From Burkholderiaceae bacterium (lineage in GTDB: Bacteria > Pseudomonadota > Gammaproteobacteria > Burkholderiales > Burkholderiaceae_C), in the NCBI GenBank assembly GCA_041906185.1, contig JAYRJQ010000018.1, positions 14,336-78,335 of the forward strand: a stretch of DNA of 64,000 nt. Reading direction: 5' to 3'. The notes beneath the pieces are model-generated. The model saw only the letters and a list, made by a program, of their open reading frames with translations, was not told where the DNA came from and ran no database searches. This document shows, one piece after another, positions 63,009-64,000 of the stretch. Every line of letters begins with the position of its first letter. Positions within the stretch are counted from its first letter, which is position 1. A program made the position numbers and the translations under genes.

Positions 63009-64000
63009 TCACAGCTTCATTTCGAGACCGACGTTGAAGTTGGCACGGCCCTGGCGATCGCTGCGGCTGCCATAGCCGCTGCTGAGCGTCGTGCTGTTCC
63101 AGCTGTCGACCGGCACGAAGTTGTTGGCCGCGACACGCAGCGCCACCGTGCGGCTGAAGGCCCACTGCGCGAACACGTCAAGCGAGCGGGTGCGGGACTG
63201 CGCCACGCCCTGGCTGGCCGTCTGCTGCGTGGCATAGCCGGGCGTGTAGGCCAGGCTGGCGCCGGTGGTCAGCGGCACGCTCGTGAAGCGGTAGTCGAAG
63301 CCGAGGTTCGCCGACCACGGCTGCTGGCCCTCGAGGCGGTTGTCGGGGCCCGGCACGGCCTCGACCTTGGAGCGGTAGATGTTCAGCGCACTGCGCAGGT
63401 TCAGCGGCAGCTTTGCGTCGAAGAGCGTCGGGAACAGCTCGGCGGCACGGCCCTTGAGCTCCAGCTCCAGACCGCTGCTCTGGGCCTTGGAGATGTTGAC
63501 GGGCTGCGAGATCCAGCGCGGCACGCCGGCCCAGTCCACCTTCTGCAGCGACACCACGTTGCGCACCAGGTCCTTCACCTCGCGGTGGAAGACGCCGATG
63601 CTCAGCATGCCGCCGCCCGCGAAGTACTTCTCGAAGGCGAGGTCCAGGCCCGTCGCCAGCTCGGGCTTGAGCAGCGGGTTGCCCAGGCGGTCCGGCGAGA
63701 GCTCGGTGTTGGGCTTGTTCACGTCGGGGAACAGGCTGCTGATGCCGGGGCGCGCCAGCATCGCGTTGAGGTCGGGCGCCTTGTAGCTGCGGGTCAGGCT
63801 GGCGCGGATCAGGTCGCGGCCCTTCGGGTCGAGCTTGTAGTTGAGGTGCCACAGCGGCGTCAGCACCGAGCTGGTGTTGCGCACGGTGCTGTCCAGGCCG
63901 CGGCTCTCGGTCACGATGCGCTCGTTGCGCAGGCCCAGGTAGGTGGACCATTGCGGCGAGAGCTCCCACTCGTCCTGCACGAACAGCGCCTGACGCTGGA
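63009..64000 (-). CDS. TonB-dependent outer-membrane receptor, C-terminal barrel portion (gene continues beyond window)
   Basis: The sequence is of alternating beta-strand type (YLGLRNE, LELELKG, ANLGFDYRF, RANFNVGLEMKL). The ORF is open to the window edge. Confidence 0.75.
   Translation of the reverse strand, partial: QRQALFVQDEWELSPQWSTYLGLRNERIVTESRGLDSTVRNTSSVLTPLWHLNYKLDPKGRDLIRASLTRSYKAPDLNAMLARPGISSLFPDVNKPNTELSPDRLGNPLLKPELATGLDLAFEKYFAGGGMLSIGVFHREVKDLVRNVVSLQKVDWAGVPRWISQPVNISKAQSSGLELELKGRAAELFPTLFDAKLPLNLRSALNIYRSKVEAVPGPDNRLEGQQPWSANLGFDYRFTSVPLTTGASLAYTPGYATQQTASQGVAQSRTRSLDVFAQWAFSRTVALRVAANNFVPVDSWNSTTLSSGYGSRSDRQGRANFNVGLEMKL

Overview
Very GC-rich window with third codon positions almost always G/C. 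Gene content and order look like a betaproteobacterial chromosome (Burkholderiales or Comamonadaceae-like). This placement is from memory of conserved gene orders, and no database search was possible. Nearly all genes lie on the minus strand. Three blocks are recognisable. (1) 1-33 kb is housekeeping: a tRNA-Gly/Cys array, lon-clpX-clpP-tig, tRNA-Leu, a two-gene RND efflux operon, hpnCDE squalene synthesis, IclR, a PBP endopeptidase, ilvIHC-pssA-leuA, an ECF sigma module, dgkA, glnB-nadE, and ppa/hppA. (2) 34.0-50.5 kb is a compact denitrification supercluster: nirS-M-C-F-DL-G-H-J-N, divergent nirE, dnr, and norC-B-Q-X-D, with FNR/DNR-type boxes at the three expected promoters. (3) 50.6-64 kb is housekeeping again: yggL, tRNA-Pro, merR-ihfA-pheTS-rplT-rpmI-infC-thrS, a lipoprotein, a patatin-like lipase and a partial TonB-dependent receptor. 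I saw no mobile elements, CRISPR arrays, phage genes or defence islands, and I cannot point to a clear-cut novel multi-gene system. Four items deserve follow-up. First, a Thr-codon leader peptide plus terminator sits in front of thrS. Second, a Leu-codon mini-ORF plus terminator sits in front of leuA. Third, a NapH/CcoG-type membrane polyferredoxin is translationally coupled between norQ and norD. Fourth, an uncharacterised ECF sigma/DUF3619-like/DUF3106-like/RDD module. The many very long ORFs antisense to real genes are GC-driven shadow ORFs and were rejected.
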